From assembly GCA_003225535.1 (NCBI GenBank), contig QIAL01000213.1, forward strand, positions 1,111 to 65,110: a stretch of 64,000 nt of DNA, read 5' to 3'. Numbering within the stretch: position 1 is the stretch's first letter; every line of letters begins with the position of its first letter. Made by a program: the position numbers and the translations under genes. Shown piece after piece: positions 28,248 to 37,972 of the stretch. The stretch is from Acidobacteriota bacterium. GTDB taxonomy: Bacteria > Acidobacteriota > Terriglobia > Terriglobales > Acidobacteriaceae. The notes below the pieces were generated by a model, which ran no database searches, was not told the DNA's origin, and was given only the letters and a program-made list of their open reading frames with translations.

Positions 28248-28510
28248 TCGCAGCCTAGTTACACGCAGACAGATCCGTACCTTCCTGCTCGCAGTCAGAA
28301 TACCGAAAGAAATCTCCTGCTCTCGTTCGTCTCTTCGCGAACAATCTAGCTATAGTTTTCTTTACGCGTTGACGCAGACGGCATATTGGTTTCTGCATCG
28401 GTCGTCCAACGCGTGATGTCTTCTTCATTTTGTTCACCCCCCTGCCAAGCGGGCAGATTCTAGACAACATAGGGCGACATTGACCACGAGCGAACTGATA
28501 GAAGTTACAG

Positions 28511-28894
28511 TTGTTAGCTCGAGTCGGTCCGTGGACACTGAGATTGGAGGGCATATTGGCTGGCCGCGTAAGAGAAAAAACACGTCAGATCCCCTCAGAT
28601 CCGGTCAAACAGCCGTTTTGTGGGACTGGCGTGTCGACGTATCGTCCTGGGGATCTTCTATTGGTCCGACTCTCCTCAGACACAGCAAAGCAGCCCCCTT
28701 CGGTATGGATACGAGTAGAGCGTTGTGATGAACAACATCGAATTGTGTTTGGAACTGTCGACGGCGATTCTCCTGGGCTCGGCAAGGCGCTAAACTGTGG
28801 CGCGAAGCTAGCTGCTGGCTATCACCAGGTGCATGAGAACGCATCCGTGGTTAGCCTTGGAAGAGTTTCCTACCCACATACTCGTCGCAAGTGA
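28511..28894 (+). CDS. hypothetical protein, possible DUF2314-like domain
   Basis: The block PGDLLLVRLSSDTAKQPPSVWIRVERCDEQHRIVFGTVDGDSPGLGKALNCGAKLAAGYHQV resembles the GD.v.v.f....E.mWv.V.....G.l.N.P pattern. The true start is uncertain: an internal TTG after GGAGGG or a GTG are both possible. A palindromic hairpin lies right after the stop. Confidence 0.4.
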   Translation: MLARVGPWTLRLEGILAGRVREKTRQIPSDPVKQPFCGTGVSTYRPGDLLLVRLSSDTAKQPPSVWIRVERCDEQHRIVFGTVDGDSPGLGKALNCGAKLAAGYHQVHENASVVSLGRVSYPHTRRK

Positions 28895-28916
28895 ACAAAG
28901 TTCGAACTGTTTGTTC
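28893..28916 (+). terminator. palindromic hairpin overlapping the stop codon (possible terminator)
   Basis: GAACAAAGTTCGAACTGTTTGTTC is a near-perfect palindrome with a 2-nt bulge and a T-rich 3' arm followed by TTAC. Confidence 0.3.
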
Positions 28917-29115
28917 TTACGTGCGTGGCTCCGGATGCGAGACCCAGAACGGTGAATTTCTCTAATCAACTGGGGGTTCTCCACTAGCAAAACTGCTAGT
29001 TGGCAAGTGTCAAAACGGGAAGTATGCTGGCCGTTCTCATTCAGGCTGCTAGCAATCCGCACAGCTGGGCAGCCATTTCGATCCGAGAAAGACGCCTTAG
29101 AACTGGAGTTTTAAC

Positions 29116-29775
29116 ATGATCTCAAACCCTCGAAGGAACCTTCCCCGAATCCTCATTGCTGATGATCACACTCTCGTCGCCGAAGCATGCCGGAAGCTCC
29201 TCGAATCTGATTATGAAATCGTGGCAACGGTGGGCGACGGGCGCGCACTGGTACGGGCGGTAGCAGAGTTGCGGCCGCAGCTTATCATTGTCGACGTTTC
29301 GATGCCTCTGCTTAATGGTCTTGATGCAGGTCAGCAGGCGAAGGAATTGCTGCCCTCAGTGAAACTGATATTCCTGACCATGAACCACGACGCGGATTTG
29401 GCAGCTGAGGCTTTTCGTCGCGGCGCTTCGGGATACCTGTTAAAGACTTGCGCAGCTTCGGAATTGACGGTTGCCGTTCGGGAAGTACTGAAGGGGAAGT
29501 CCTACCTCTCGCCCGTAATCGCGAAAGAAACCGTGGACTTTCTCCTGCGGCAGGACAAGAAGCTCGTCGACGAGGCAGATCGTCTCACGGAGAGGCAACG
29601 CGAAGTGCTGCAACTGTTGGCAGAAGGGAAATGTATGAAAGAGGTTGCCTCTGTGCTCAACGTTACGACGCGCACAGTAGCATTTCACAAGTACCGGATT
29701 ATGGAAGTACTGAACATCAGAACGAATGCCGAACTGGTTCAATACGCCATACGGACTCATCTGATTGCGGCGTGA
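29116..29775 (+). CDS. NarL/FixJ (LuxR-type HTH) response regulator
   Basis: REC plus LuxR HTH (LTERQREVLQLLAEGKCMKEVASVLNVTTRTVAFHKYRIMEVLN). It is a clear paralog of 11456..12142, with collinear similarity over the whole length. Confidence 0.92.
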   Translation: MISNPRRNLPRILIADDHTLVAEACRKLLESDYEIVATVGDGRALVRAVAELRPQLIIVDVSMPLLNGLDAGQQAKELLPSVKLIFLTMNHDADLAAEAFRRGASGYLLKTCAASELTVAVREVLKGKSYLSPVIAKETVDFLLRQDKKLVDEADRLTERQREVLQLLAEGKCMKEVASVLNVTTRTVAFHKYRIMEVLNIRTNAELVQYAIRTHLIAA

Positions 29776-29942
29776 CGAAATCAATACTTCCCCCCACCAT
29801 TCAGTCCGGCTTTAATGTCGACTCGAAAATTCTGACTTTTTGTTCCTCAGCTCCAGGAGTCGATCGCCGTCCTGACCCGGCGCGTATTTCATGAGAGCAC
29901 TGAATAAAGGAATATCGCGAATTCAACGTACCCGCCAGAAAG

Positions 29943-29995
29943 AACCTTAGTGAAAAAAAAGAAATGGGTTCGAGATGGCAGAAACGACATTGCCT
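29943..29995 (-). terminator. rho-independent terminator of the sortase operon
   Basis: On the minus strand: GGGTTCG...(inner GGCA/TGCC pairing)...CGAACCC followed by ATTTCTTTTTTTTC, about 20 nt after the stop at 30015. Confidence 0.7.
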
Positions 29996-30014
29996 CCCCG
30001 AACCCCGGCAGCAA

Positions 30015-30785
30015 CTAAAAGGTGCTGCGAATTACCTTAAGCCCAAGCGAAGACAGAAGGGAAAGACCACCAAGCAGCCCGATCAGCGGCAAGATGCTTC
30101 CAGTCTTCGGTAATTCTGCTGGAGCAGCAGCCGGGGCCGGAGGTGGTGTATTTTCAGCAACGAGGATAGGTACATCGACGGGTGGCGGCGGAGGTGGCGG
30201 CGGGGGCATTGTGCCTGCTAGTTTCGTGTGGCGATCGTACACGTCCACAGGCTCCTCGACAACTTTCGTGGCCGAGATCTTCATGCCCTTCTTCAGTCCC
30301 CACGCGTCCTTCATCTGACCATCAATGTTGAACTTCTGGTTGTTGGGGATCTTGAACTGCTCGTTGGTGCCATCCTCCAGAGTCAGGATCACGTGGCTTG
30401 GCGGCTGCACCTGCCACACCTTTCCCGTGACGGTTTTTACCGTGGTCACTACGGTTGGGGTCTTTGTCACTGTGATAGTGCGCTGGAGCTTCATCCCTGG
30501 CTTCAGATCGTGGATTCCAAGCTGTTGGCCATCGACCGTGACCCGGACGCTCTCTGGGACGTTGGCGACATGGCGGATCGTCCCATCTTCCATCTTCACG
30601 ACTAGGTCGTTGCCCGTAACGTAAACGACTTCGCCACGCTCGACAGTGACCTCTTGAGTATGGGCACCCTTCGTTGTATTGGTTTGTGTCTGCACTTGCG
30701 CGCTCAGGCCCACCGTGAAGGTCAGAAACATCGCCCCCACTGCAAGCACAAGCCACACTCGTGCGCTTTCAATTTTTGAGTTCAT
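30015..30785 (-). CDS. LPXTG-anchored surface protein (sortase substrate)
   Basis: The ATG at 30785 has AAGGAG 8 nt upstream. Signal peptide (MNSKIESARVWLVLAVGAMFLTFTVGLSAQ). Two internal repeat domains. A run of 9 Pro. C-terminal LPKTG (30099-30113) plus a hydrophobic stretch plus a KVIRSTF tail. Confidence 0.85.
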   Translation of the reverse strand: MNSKIESARVWLVLAVGAMFLTFTVGLSAQVQTQTNTTKGAHTQEVTVERGEVVYVTGNDLVVKMEDGTIRHVANVPESVRVTVDGQQLGIHDLKPGMKLQRTITVTKTPTVVTTVKTVTGKVWQVQPPSHVILTLEDGTNEQFKIPNNQKFNIDGQMKDAWGLKKGMKISATKVVEEPVDVYDRHTKLAGTMPPPPPPPPPVDVPILVAENTPPPAPAAAPAELPKTGSILPLIGLLGGLSLLSSLGLKVIRSTF

Positions 30786-31540
30786 TGTGTTTTCTCCTTG
30801 GTTGACTTTTGCGACTGTGGATTCGCGTCTTCTATTACTGGTGCGAAACGAGCTGATTTTGTGCTCTGCGTTTGGTCGGCCGCTGCGGGATGACCCGAAG
30901 CGACTCGTGAAGCCAGGACAATGTAGCGCTTCGGCGCACTCCCGATGAAATAGAACGGATAGCAAGTGACCAACGTCAGGGTGGGACCTGAAGTTGCCTT
31001 CAACACCGAAGGGTCGTCCTTATCGACTATGACGATCTGGCTGACTCGATAGATGTCAATGCGGTCGAGGGTCTCCAATTCAATCATGTCTCCGGGGCCG
31101 ACATCTTTCAGGACGCGGAAGAAGCCATCTCTGTGGCCTGCAATACCGACGTTCCCCGGTTCACCGGGACGGCTTGTGCCCGGAATATACCCGACCCCGC
31201 GGTTCAGGCTCAGATCGTCTACTCCGTCGAGTACCGGTACCTCCAAGTGGACTTTAGCAACGTGCAAAATGCCGAGCGGCGAGTCGAATTTCTCGGTAAG
31301 ACTCTGCTCGTATTCCGCTACCCGCTTAGGGGACCAGAGACTGAAATCAAAGGTGAATTGTCGCCCAGCCAGTGATAGAGCCGGTTTATCGACTGTTCGT
31401 TCGCGCTTGAGTTCACGGAACTGCGTCAGGGCTCTACGAGACATGGTTGCTCGGTGGATGTACGCTGCCACAAAAATAGAAGTCAGCAACAAGCCGACGA
31501 TTAACAGCACAGCTTCAATTCTGCGGAGGTGTTTCGTCAT
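30782..31540 (-). CDS. sortase-family transpeptidase
   Basis: The ORF track gives 30782..31633. I prefer the ATG at 31540 (MTKHLRRIEAVLLIVGLLLTSIFVAAYI = N-terminal anchor). Catalytic His (GIAGHRDGFF), TLVTC Cys motif and downstream Arg (KRYIV) are present. The stop overlaps the substrate start (ATGA). Confidence 0.85.
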   Translation of the reverse strand: MTKHLRRIEAVLLIVGLLLTSIFVAAYIHRATMSRRALTQFRELKRERTVDKPALSLAGRQFTFDFSLWSPKRVAEYEQSLTEKFDSPLGILHVAKVHLEVPVLDGVDDLSLNRGVGYIPGTSRPGEPGNVGIAGHRDGFFRVLKDVGPGDMIELETLDRIDIYRVSQIVIVDKDDPSVLKATSGPTLTLVTCYPFYFIGSAPKRYIVLASRVASGHPAAADQTQSTKSARFAPVIEDANPQSQKSTKEKTQ

Positions 31541-31790
31541 ACTGCCCTTGCATTTCCTGCGTGTGAGCCTACTGCGATCCATCCGACAAACTGATTGGAC
31601 GGATCCCTTTACGTTCGCCCAAAGTGTAGGCAAGAGACGTACTGGTCGTAACTGTTACTTGTAACAGTGCCAGTACCCAGTCTCTGCGTTGTCTTTCCCG
31701 GTAAAAACTGAGGAGAATTGGGGCTCTCTCCTAACGGCGGGATCTCGAGAATGGCGCCTGTCGAAAAGGGTTGTCTGTTAGGTTTGCGAG

Positions 31791-32135
31791 TTGCATGTCG
31801 GGAGCTGGCGGTATACGAATCTAAAATCGAAAACCCGATACGCGAGTGAAACCATCATGGCAGATCTTGATCGTGGAGTTGAGAACAACGCTGTTCACAT
31901 TCAGGACTGTCGCATCTGGGCAGAAATCTATTATCTGGACTCACCGACCGACTACCGCGAGTACCTGGCACAGGGCAGCATGCAGCCCAAGGAAGGCTGC
32001 AATGAGTTGGTGATGCTGGAGGACTCCAAACACCTGCTAACGATGTATGGAACAAGCCTGCGGTTGTTAGTTGCCGGAATCGTCGTTATTCTGGCATCTG
32101 GCTATCTTCTGTATTCACTTCGGGACGCATTCTAG
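31791..32135 (+). CDS. hypothetical tail-anchored membrane protein
   Basis: 114-aa ORF with an alternative start at 31857 (MADLDRG...). It has a single C-terminal TM helix (LRLLVAGIVVILASGYLLYSL). No recognisable family. Confidence 0.4.
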   Translation: MHVGSWRYTNLKSKTRYASETIMADLDRGVENNAVHIQDCRIWAEIYYLDSPTDYREYLAQGSMQPKEGCNELVMLEDSKHLLTMYGTSLRLLVAGIVVILASGYLLYSLRDAF

Positions 32136-32237
32136 AAGGAACTGTCCCGGAGTGCCGACTCTACCGCCCCAAAGACGAGCTGACACTTCTTCCAGTTCTC
32201 ACCAGGTGCCGCCGTCGCCGAAAATCACATCGGCACA

Positions 32238-32798
32238 ATGATCAGTCTACGTGTGGAGGGATCTATGAGGCGATATGCAATCTCAGTTTGTTTATGTGCA
32301 GGGATTACTGGCGGGTATGTGGCTACTGCCCAGAATACGCCCCCGGCTGCGACTCAATCACCAGCGCCTTCAGCGGGCTCCCCAGCTGCGAAGGTCGGAC
32401 TCTTTGTTTACCCGCAGAAAAACCAAACGCCCGAACAGCAAACTACAGATGAGGGTGCTTGTTACGCGTCCGCGCAGCAGCAGACTGGGATTGATCCGGC
32501 TGCTCCTCCGCCTGCCCCTAAGGAGGCCGACAAAAAGAAGGGAGGGGCGGTGAAGGGCGCAGCGGGTGGAGCTGCTGGCGGAGCAGCCATTGGAGCGATC
32601 GCTGGTGATGCGGGAGAAGGGGCCGCGATCGGAGCTACGGCGGGTGCGGTCCGGGGCCGTCGCCAACAAAAGAAAGCTAACAAGCAGGCGGAACAGCAAG
32701 CCCAGCAACAGGGACAGGCCCAACAACAGCAGACATTGGATACTTTTCGGCGCGCATTTTCAGCCTGCATAGACTCCAAGGGCTATTCGGTTAAGTAA
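32238..32798 (+). CDS. secreted glycine-zipper protein (paralog A)
   Basis: Signal peptide, Pro/Ala-rich linker, Gly-zipper (GAAGGAAGGAAIGAIAGDAGEGAAIGATAGAV), Gln-rich coil and a conserved C-terminus (FRRAFSACIDSKGYSVK). It is collinear with 42577..43227. Confidence 0.75.
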   Translation: MISLRVEGSMRRYAISVCLCAGITGGYVATAQNTPPAATQSPAPSAGSPAAKVGLFVYPQKNQTPEQQTTDEGACYASAQQQTGIDPAAPPPAPKEADKKKGGAVKGAAGGAAGGAAIGAIAGDAGEGAAIGATAGAVRGRRQQKKANKQAEQQAQQQGQAQQQQTLDTFRRAFSACIDSKGYSVK

Positions 32799-33030
32799 CG
32801 AAGACACCACACGTCGTCCAACGGTTAGAATGAAGGAGTAGCTCGGCGACCGCCCCAGCATCCACCCAATCGTCAGCGGCGCTAAGTGAGAGTCAGCTGG
32901 CGATTCGCCTCGAAACAACTTTTGGATGAGATCGCCACGAGGTGCGACGCAGATATTTCTTCGCGGATATCCACTTGGCAGCCTTAACAGAGCACTGGAC
33001 TGCCAGATCTTCCAACGAATCTGTGCAACG

Positions 33031-33312
33031 TCAGCCGTTTACTCCCGGTGAAGGTGACCATTTTTTGGTTTCCGACGGTTGGGATACCCTCTGGGAAAGA
33101 ACTGCTGCACCGACAACGGGAGAACCGCGCTCAAGAACCTGCAACTCCCGTGTGGGAATTGTGAACTCCGTGAAGCCGCAATGAAAACAGACGGCGAGCT
33201 TCGGAAAAACAAAGACCAGGGATTTATCCAGACCTTCGTGTCCGGAGAAATGGATAGCAACTTCGCCGTTGAAAACGCTCTGCTTGTCGGAATGGCACCT
33301 TTTACAGTACAT
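33031..33312 (-). CDS. hypothetical small zinc-ribbon-like protein
   Basis: 93-aa ORF with CKRC near the N-terminus and CFHC about 45 aa later (two CX2C pairs). GGGGG lies 6 nt upstream of the ATG. Confidence 0.4.
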   Translation of the reverse strand: MYCKRCHSDKQSVFNGEVAIHFSGHEGLDKSLVFVFPKLAVCFHCGFTEFTIPTRELQVLERGSPVVGAAVLSQRVSQPSETKKWSPSPGVNG

Positions 33313-33517
33313 GGCGACCCCCGATGGAATTACGGGACTGCCGGCTCTCCACCGAACGCATGGGCTGGAACCTCCCAGCGTCGCGATTGTTTTGTCGGTT
33401 AACTTTACGGGAGATTGCCCTGCTGCGACTATTCAAAATTGAACACCCTAGGGGTTTTGTCGGTGACGAGCCTCCTTCAGACGAGAACGACGAATGTGGT
33501 CCCTGGGCTGGCCTGGG

Positions 33518-34225
33518 CTAATCGTGCAGGACAACGCTGAGAAGCGAGCTATTTACCTCCAAACCACCGTTGTAGTCGATGAATCCAAGCTTTCTGAATT
33601 TGTTCATGAAGAAATTCACTCGTGAGCGGGTTGTGCCGACCATTTCCGCTAGGGTGCCTTGGCTCACTCTTGGAATCACGGTTTCAGACTTGTCCCTTTT
33701 CCCGACGCGGGAGAGCATTAAGAGTGCCCGTGCCAACCGCTTTTCGCTCGAATTGAACAGTTGATCAACCAAGTCCGCTTGTGTGCGATTGTGACGTTCG
33801 ACCACGTACCCAACAAACATGTCGGAGAATGCGTTTTCCTCGTGGAGCGTGCGCAGCATCTTGGCTTTTTCTATCTTCAAGATCGAGCAGTCCGTAACGG
33901 CAGTAGCGGTTGCGAGTCGGAGCGGTTGATCTGAGGCGATGCATCCCTCGCCCAAAAAATTGTCCTTGCCGAGCAACGCGATCGTGGCCTCCTTGCCTTG
34001 CTTGGAGAGCACACTCAGCTTCACTCTTCCCTCCTGAATAAAGAACACTGCGTCGGCACTATCTCCTTGCGAAAAGATAGCCTGTTTCGAGCGATAGTGC
34101 AGAAGAATCCTCCCAACTGCAACAGTAGACAAGAAGACTTTCGGATCAAAGCCTTGGAGTTGTTTCCGGGTGCGGTTCTTTCGCACGAGCAACCTGCGAG
34201 GCGAGATCATAAGCACCTCCGGCAA
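33518..34225 (-). CDS. Crp/Fnr-family transcriptional regulator
   Basis: cNMP-binding-like domain (IFSQGDSADAVFFIQEGRVKLSVLSKQGKEATIALLG) plus HTH (VSQGTLAEMVGTTRSRVNFFMNKFRKLGFI). No Fnr Cys cluster. Confidence 0.9.
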   Translation of the reverse strand: MPEVLMISPRRLLVRKNRTRKQLQGFDPKVFLSTVAVGRILLHYRSKQAIFSQGDSADAVFFIQEGRVKLSVLSKQGKEATIALLGKDNFLGEGCIASDQPLRLATATAVTDCSILKIEKAKMLRTLHEENAFSDMFVGYVVERHNRTQADLVDQLFNSSEKRLARALLMLSRVGKRDKSETVIPRVSQGTLAEMVGTTRSRVNFFMNKFRKLGFIDYNGGLEVNSSLLSVVLHD

Positions 34226-34332
34226 GACCCGGCAGACCTATTTTCTTATTAACATGATACGGCTTCGTCGGTGTGCCTAGTCAAGTTCCGCGCTTCCTCG
34301 ATCGGCCCGTCAAGGGTCCATTGAAAATCAAA

Positions 34333-34992
34333 TCAGAATCGCAGAATCGGGCCCGCGAAGACTTCCCCCTGGGAAGCTGCAGTGCCCCCGACATGAACAA
34401 TGCAGCCTCCGCCGCAGATGAAGGCCACTTGGGGGTCCGCAAAGACCGGCAGCCACTCCGCTTGGATCTTGAAACCGAAATGGCGACTGGCATAGAGCCT
34501 GATTCCGCCGCCGATTCCAAACGAGAAACGCGAGAAGTTGAAGTTTGTACCGGAAACATGGGTAGCTCCGACGCTGGCCAGCACGAACGGCTTAGCCCAT
34601 GAGGGCCACTCTTCCACGAAAGGCTCGTGGCTAAAGTCTCCATGAAATTGATCAAGGATTATACGTTGACGGTCCGGTTGGGGCGTGATGTCCTCCGCGT
34701 GGACATAAGAATCTTGCCTTGCCCAGCGTACTTCGATTAAATCCTCCTCACGGGGCCGCACTCCGAACGAGACTCCATAGCTCGGGCTCGCATCCAGTAC
34801 GACCCGAGGGTTGGTGCCGGTGACATGGGGCTCAACCGGAAAGCTCATGCTGGTGCGGTACCCCATATATGCAGTGACGTCAAAACGTAGCGGTTTTGGC
34901 TCCGCTTGCTGTTGGGCGCGGAGAACAGGCAATAGCGCGATGAGGTACACCATCGCCGCACAAACAAACGCAGTGATTAGTCTCTTAGTCAA
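34333..34992 (-). CDS. outer-membrane beta-barrel protein
   Basis: Signal peptide (MTKRLITAFVCAAMVYLIALLPVLRAQQ), alternating beta-strand pattern, and a C-terminus ending ...FAGPILRF. Confidence 0.75.
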   Translation of the reverse strand: MTKRLITAFVCAAMVYLIALLPVLRAQQQAEPKPLRFDVTAYMGYRTSMSFPVEPHVTGTNPRVVLDASPSYGVSFGVRPREEDLIEVRWARQDSYVHAEDITPQPDRQRIILDQFHGDFSHEPFVEEWPSWAKPFVLASVGATHVSGTNFNFSRFSFGIGGGIRLYASRHFGFKIQAEWLPVFADPQVAFICGGGCIVHVGGTAASQGEVFAGPILRF

Positions 34993-35319
34993 CTTTCTGC
35001 GTCTCCGAGCTGATGATTACACAATAGCACTGTCAACCGCTGGCACTATGAATACCGCTTGCTTATCCACTTGGAGTTGGACGACACCTACGGTCGCGAG
35101 AGGCTGACTCTGTTTGCCAGAACGCTCGACACATCTCGAAATGTAAGAGAGTGACGAATTACCTCTGCCTCCAGCCTCAATTCTATTGTTTGACGTGACG
35201 ACTGCAATTCTTGACAGATCTAGCAGAGGCACGAGCAGCTTAGGCTAAGACTCTGGATTTTACGATATGGAATCAAGGCTATTCGAGAGGAACTTGCAAT
35301 TAGTGGAGAAAAGATTTGG

Positions 35320-36233
35320 ATGAGGAAACAAGTCATTCAGGCGGTACTCTGCGGGTTGCTGTGCGCGTCGGCATTCGCCCAAAGAGTTGAAATCTCAAGA
35401 GAGGTTCCGTTCCTTCATCTGCAGTCGAGCTATAACGTCGGATGGAGCTCGGTGTTGACCGGAAACTTTGAGGAAGCGGCCGAGAACGCCCGCGCAAACG
35501 GCTTACTCGAGGTACAGGCGAACAATTGCGCAAACACGAGATCACTGCTGCTGGAAGTTGTGGCGCGGGATCGAGACGGGCGGCACTTTCATGAAGTGCC
35601 GGTTTGGCAGTTGTCGGACGGCAATGCCTTCTTCTTCGTCTCGGGCATGACGATCGATGCCGACGGAGCCCCGAATACGCCGGTGAGCCAGCTCATTGGA
35701 ACGGCGTCGTTACTGGTCGGGACGGCAATCCGTTGATTCAGCGAGAGGGTGATCCTTTCCCCGGTTACTTCATCTCATGCACCTCTCTCACAGACGAAAC
35801 TAAGAAGTTCACGGATCCAACTGGATATGTGGACGCATCGAAGATTGCTTACATAGCCTTGCCACAAGATGTCGCGAACCGCGGAGGGGCGCGGTTGGGT
35901 GATTTCGCCGTCGTCATGAACCTCCACAACGGTAAATCGTCCTTCGCCATCTATGCGGATATTGGAACCTTGGGTGAAGGCTCTATCGCTTTGGCCGACG
36001 CTTTGGGAATCCACTCCGACGCCCGCCGCGGGGGGCAGTCTGAGGGAATTTTGTATTTATTGTTTCCCGGGTCCGGCAATGGGCAGCCTCGGACGGTTGT
36101 TGACATCCAGAGCGAGAGCGAAAAGCTGCTGCCGGACCATCGAAACAAAATAAAGGAGTTGTCTTCTTGCCTCGAAAGTGACGATCCAGTGTCGGCGGCC
36201 ATGCTTAAAAAGCGTTCCGACGCTTTGCATTAG
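35320..36233 (+). pseudogene. GH75-like (chitosanase-family) secreted protein, frameshifted
   Basis: ORF 35320..35736 carries a signal peptide and ...GMTIDADGAP. ORF 35604..36233, in another frame, carries ...EYAGEPAHWNGVVTGRDGNPLIQREGDPFPGYFISCTSL...YVDASKIAYIALP...GDFAVVMNLHNGKSSFAIYADIGTLGEGSIALADALGI. Adding one C to the CCCC run at 35669-35672 joins them. Confidence 0.7.
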
Positions 36234-36289
36234 ATGGTGTCACGAACGGCTTGAATCGATAGAAAGTCAGGCTAAGGTGGTTGTCGGGC

Positions 36290-36562
36290 CTAGTACTGCG
36301 CAGTGGATTTAGGTTCCGAAAGTGGTTCCCGTGGAAAGAGTAACCCTAACAGACCTACGACGATTAAGCAGATTCCCATAACCGGCCCCCAGGGCCAAGG
36401 GTTTTTCGAGCCCAGCTCAAGCTGCTCGTTCGGGATCCAGCCTGTGAAGACGACCACGAGAAGAGGCAAAGCCGAGATTCTGGCGATCGTCGCGCCCGGT
36501 CTTTGGAACCCTGATCGGTTGAACCATGATTCTCGAAATCGAGTCGCTGAACCTCGTCCCAT
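36290..36562 (-). CDS. hypothetical small membrane protein
   Basis: 90-aa ORF with two hydrophobic helices (ISALPLLVVVFTGWI, VMGICLIVVGLLGLLF). The ribosome-binding site is weak. Confidence 0.3.
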   Translation of the reverse strand: MGRGSATRFRESWFNRSGFQRPGATIARISALPLLVVVFTGWIPNEQLELGSKNPWPWGPVMGICLIVVGLLGLLFPREPLSEPKSTAQY

Positions 36563-36738
36563 GACCTGATTGTGAACGGGGCTCGAGCGGAAGAAAAGTT
36601 ACGTCAGTTCAGGCGGATCCTTGACCTCAGGGTGATGGCGGGACGGGTATTTCAGGGAGATTCAATGCTAATTCGTCATCGATTCAATCGACCGCGGTTC
36701 TCAGCAGAAACGGTGTTTTTAAGGGTTTATTGGGCAAG

Positions 36739-37188
36739 TCAAGCGCTCCGTTGCTTCTCTGCTTTTGAGGCAACTGGAGCCGGTTTCAGCTCGGTCAGAT
36801 GTGACGTCACAAACTTGCCTCCCCACAGAGCCGCTTCAATGGCTGGCAAGAGCTCCCTCGTTACGTCCCACTTGAGAACATACCCGTCTGCCCCGTTAGT
36901 TAAAACCGTCTGCACCGCATGGGAATCCTGGTACGCACTGATGAAAATTATCTTCGTCATCGGAGCAGCTTCGCGTATTCGGATCGCAGCTTCTACCCCA
37001 TTAAGCGTTGGCAGGCTTATATCCAGCAGGACCAAGTCCGGTTTTAGTTCCTGCGCTTTCTCGACAGCTTCCAAACCATCCGACACCTCGCTGATAATCC
37101 GCAGTCCGGGAGACTTCAGAAGCAGCGAAGAGACACAATGACGCCACGGCTCGTAATCATCTGCCAGGAGCACTCGAACTTCCCGCAA
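36739..37188 (-). CDS. REC-only response regulator
   Basis: Receiver motifs (VLLADD, DLVLLDISLPTLNG, KIIFISAY, GADGYVLK). The short C-terminal tail (GGKFVTSHL...) has no output domain. Confidence 0.85.
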   Translation of the reverse strand: MREVRVLLADDYEPWRHCVSSLLLKSPGLRIISEVSDGLEAVEKAQELKPDLVLLDISLPTLNGVEAAIRIREAAPMTKIIFISAYQDSHAVQTVLTNGADGYVLKWDVTRELLPAIEAALWGGKFVTSHLTELKPAPVASKAEKQRSA

Positions 37189-37540
37189 CCAGCCTCCTTC
37201 GTGTCAAGCGTCCCTGGCGAGCGATGGTGCAATAAAAACGTTTGACCCCGGAATACCGACTACATCAAGTGATGACGTTCGCTTCTTGTAGCATCTCGCT
37301 ACAGGTGGGTGGAGCACAACTAGAAGAAATACGAGAGGATATTACCGGTCAATGAAGTCGGCAATTTATGGCGTGCGGCGGCGGACTGTCATCCGTTTGC
37401 TCACTACAAGTCGGCAAACCAAAGTCTTTGGGTATGAAAACACTCCCGTCATGACGCACTGGCACTAGTGACAGATACACCGCGTTACTCGATGGCGGTA
37501 ACCTTGCTCCATTCTGGAGCGACTCTTCAGGGAGGAAATC

Positions 37541-37915
37541 ATGAACTTTGTCAGCGGAGCCCGGAATGAGCGTGAAGCAGAGGTAGTACCTCTTAGTAGT
37601 GCGGTGTTCTGCCTCGATTGCGAGGTCATTAGTCAGAGCCGGACTGACGAATGCCCCGCCTGTCACAGTCGTTCCCTTCTAAGCTTGGGTCGGATTCTCG
37701 GCGGCAGTTTGCATGATCGCAAGCCACAGGAATCGGAATGTGGATCATTCGATATTACACTCACGGTCAGTGTTCAGCGCATGCACGCAAACGAGGTCAA
37801 CACCACGCTAGAGGGATTGACCACTGTGATTGGCCCTAGGCTCGCCCAAGGCAGAGCGTCATTTCACATCAACGTGCAACCGGCCGTCGGTAGTATTTCT
37901 CGAAAAGCAGCATGA
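37541..37915 (+). CDS. hypothetical protein with N-terminal zinc-ribbon motif
   Basis: Strong SD (AGGGAGGAAATC-ATG). The motif CLDCEVISQSRTDECPACH gives CX2C...CX2C. Confidence 0.5.
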   Translation: MNFVSGARNEREAEVVPLSSAVFCLDCEVISQSRTDECPACHSRSLLSLGRILGGSLHDRKPQESECGSFDITLTVSVQRMHANEVNTTLEGLTTVIGPRLAQGRASFHINVQPAVGSISRKAA

Positions 37916-37972
37916 AAGTGCCCCGTGAACTCCGGTGGCAATCGCAGCGGGCTTCGTCAGGGCCGAGCGCGA

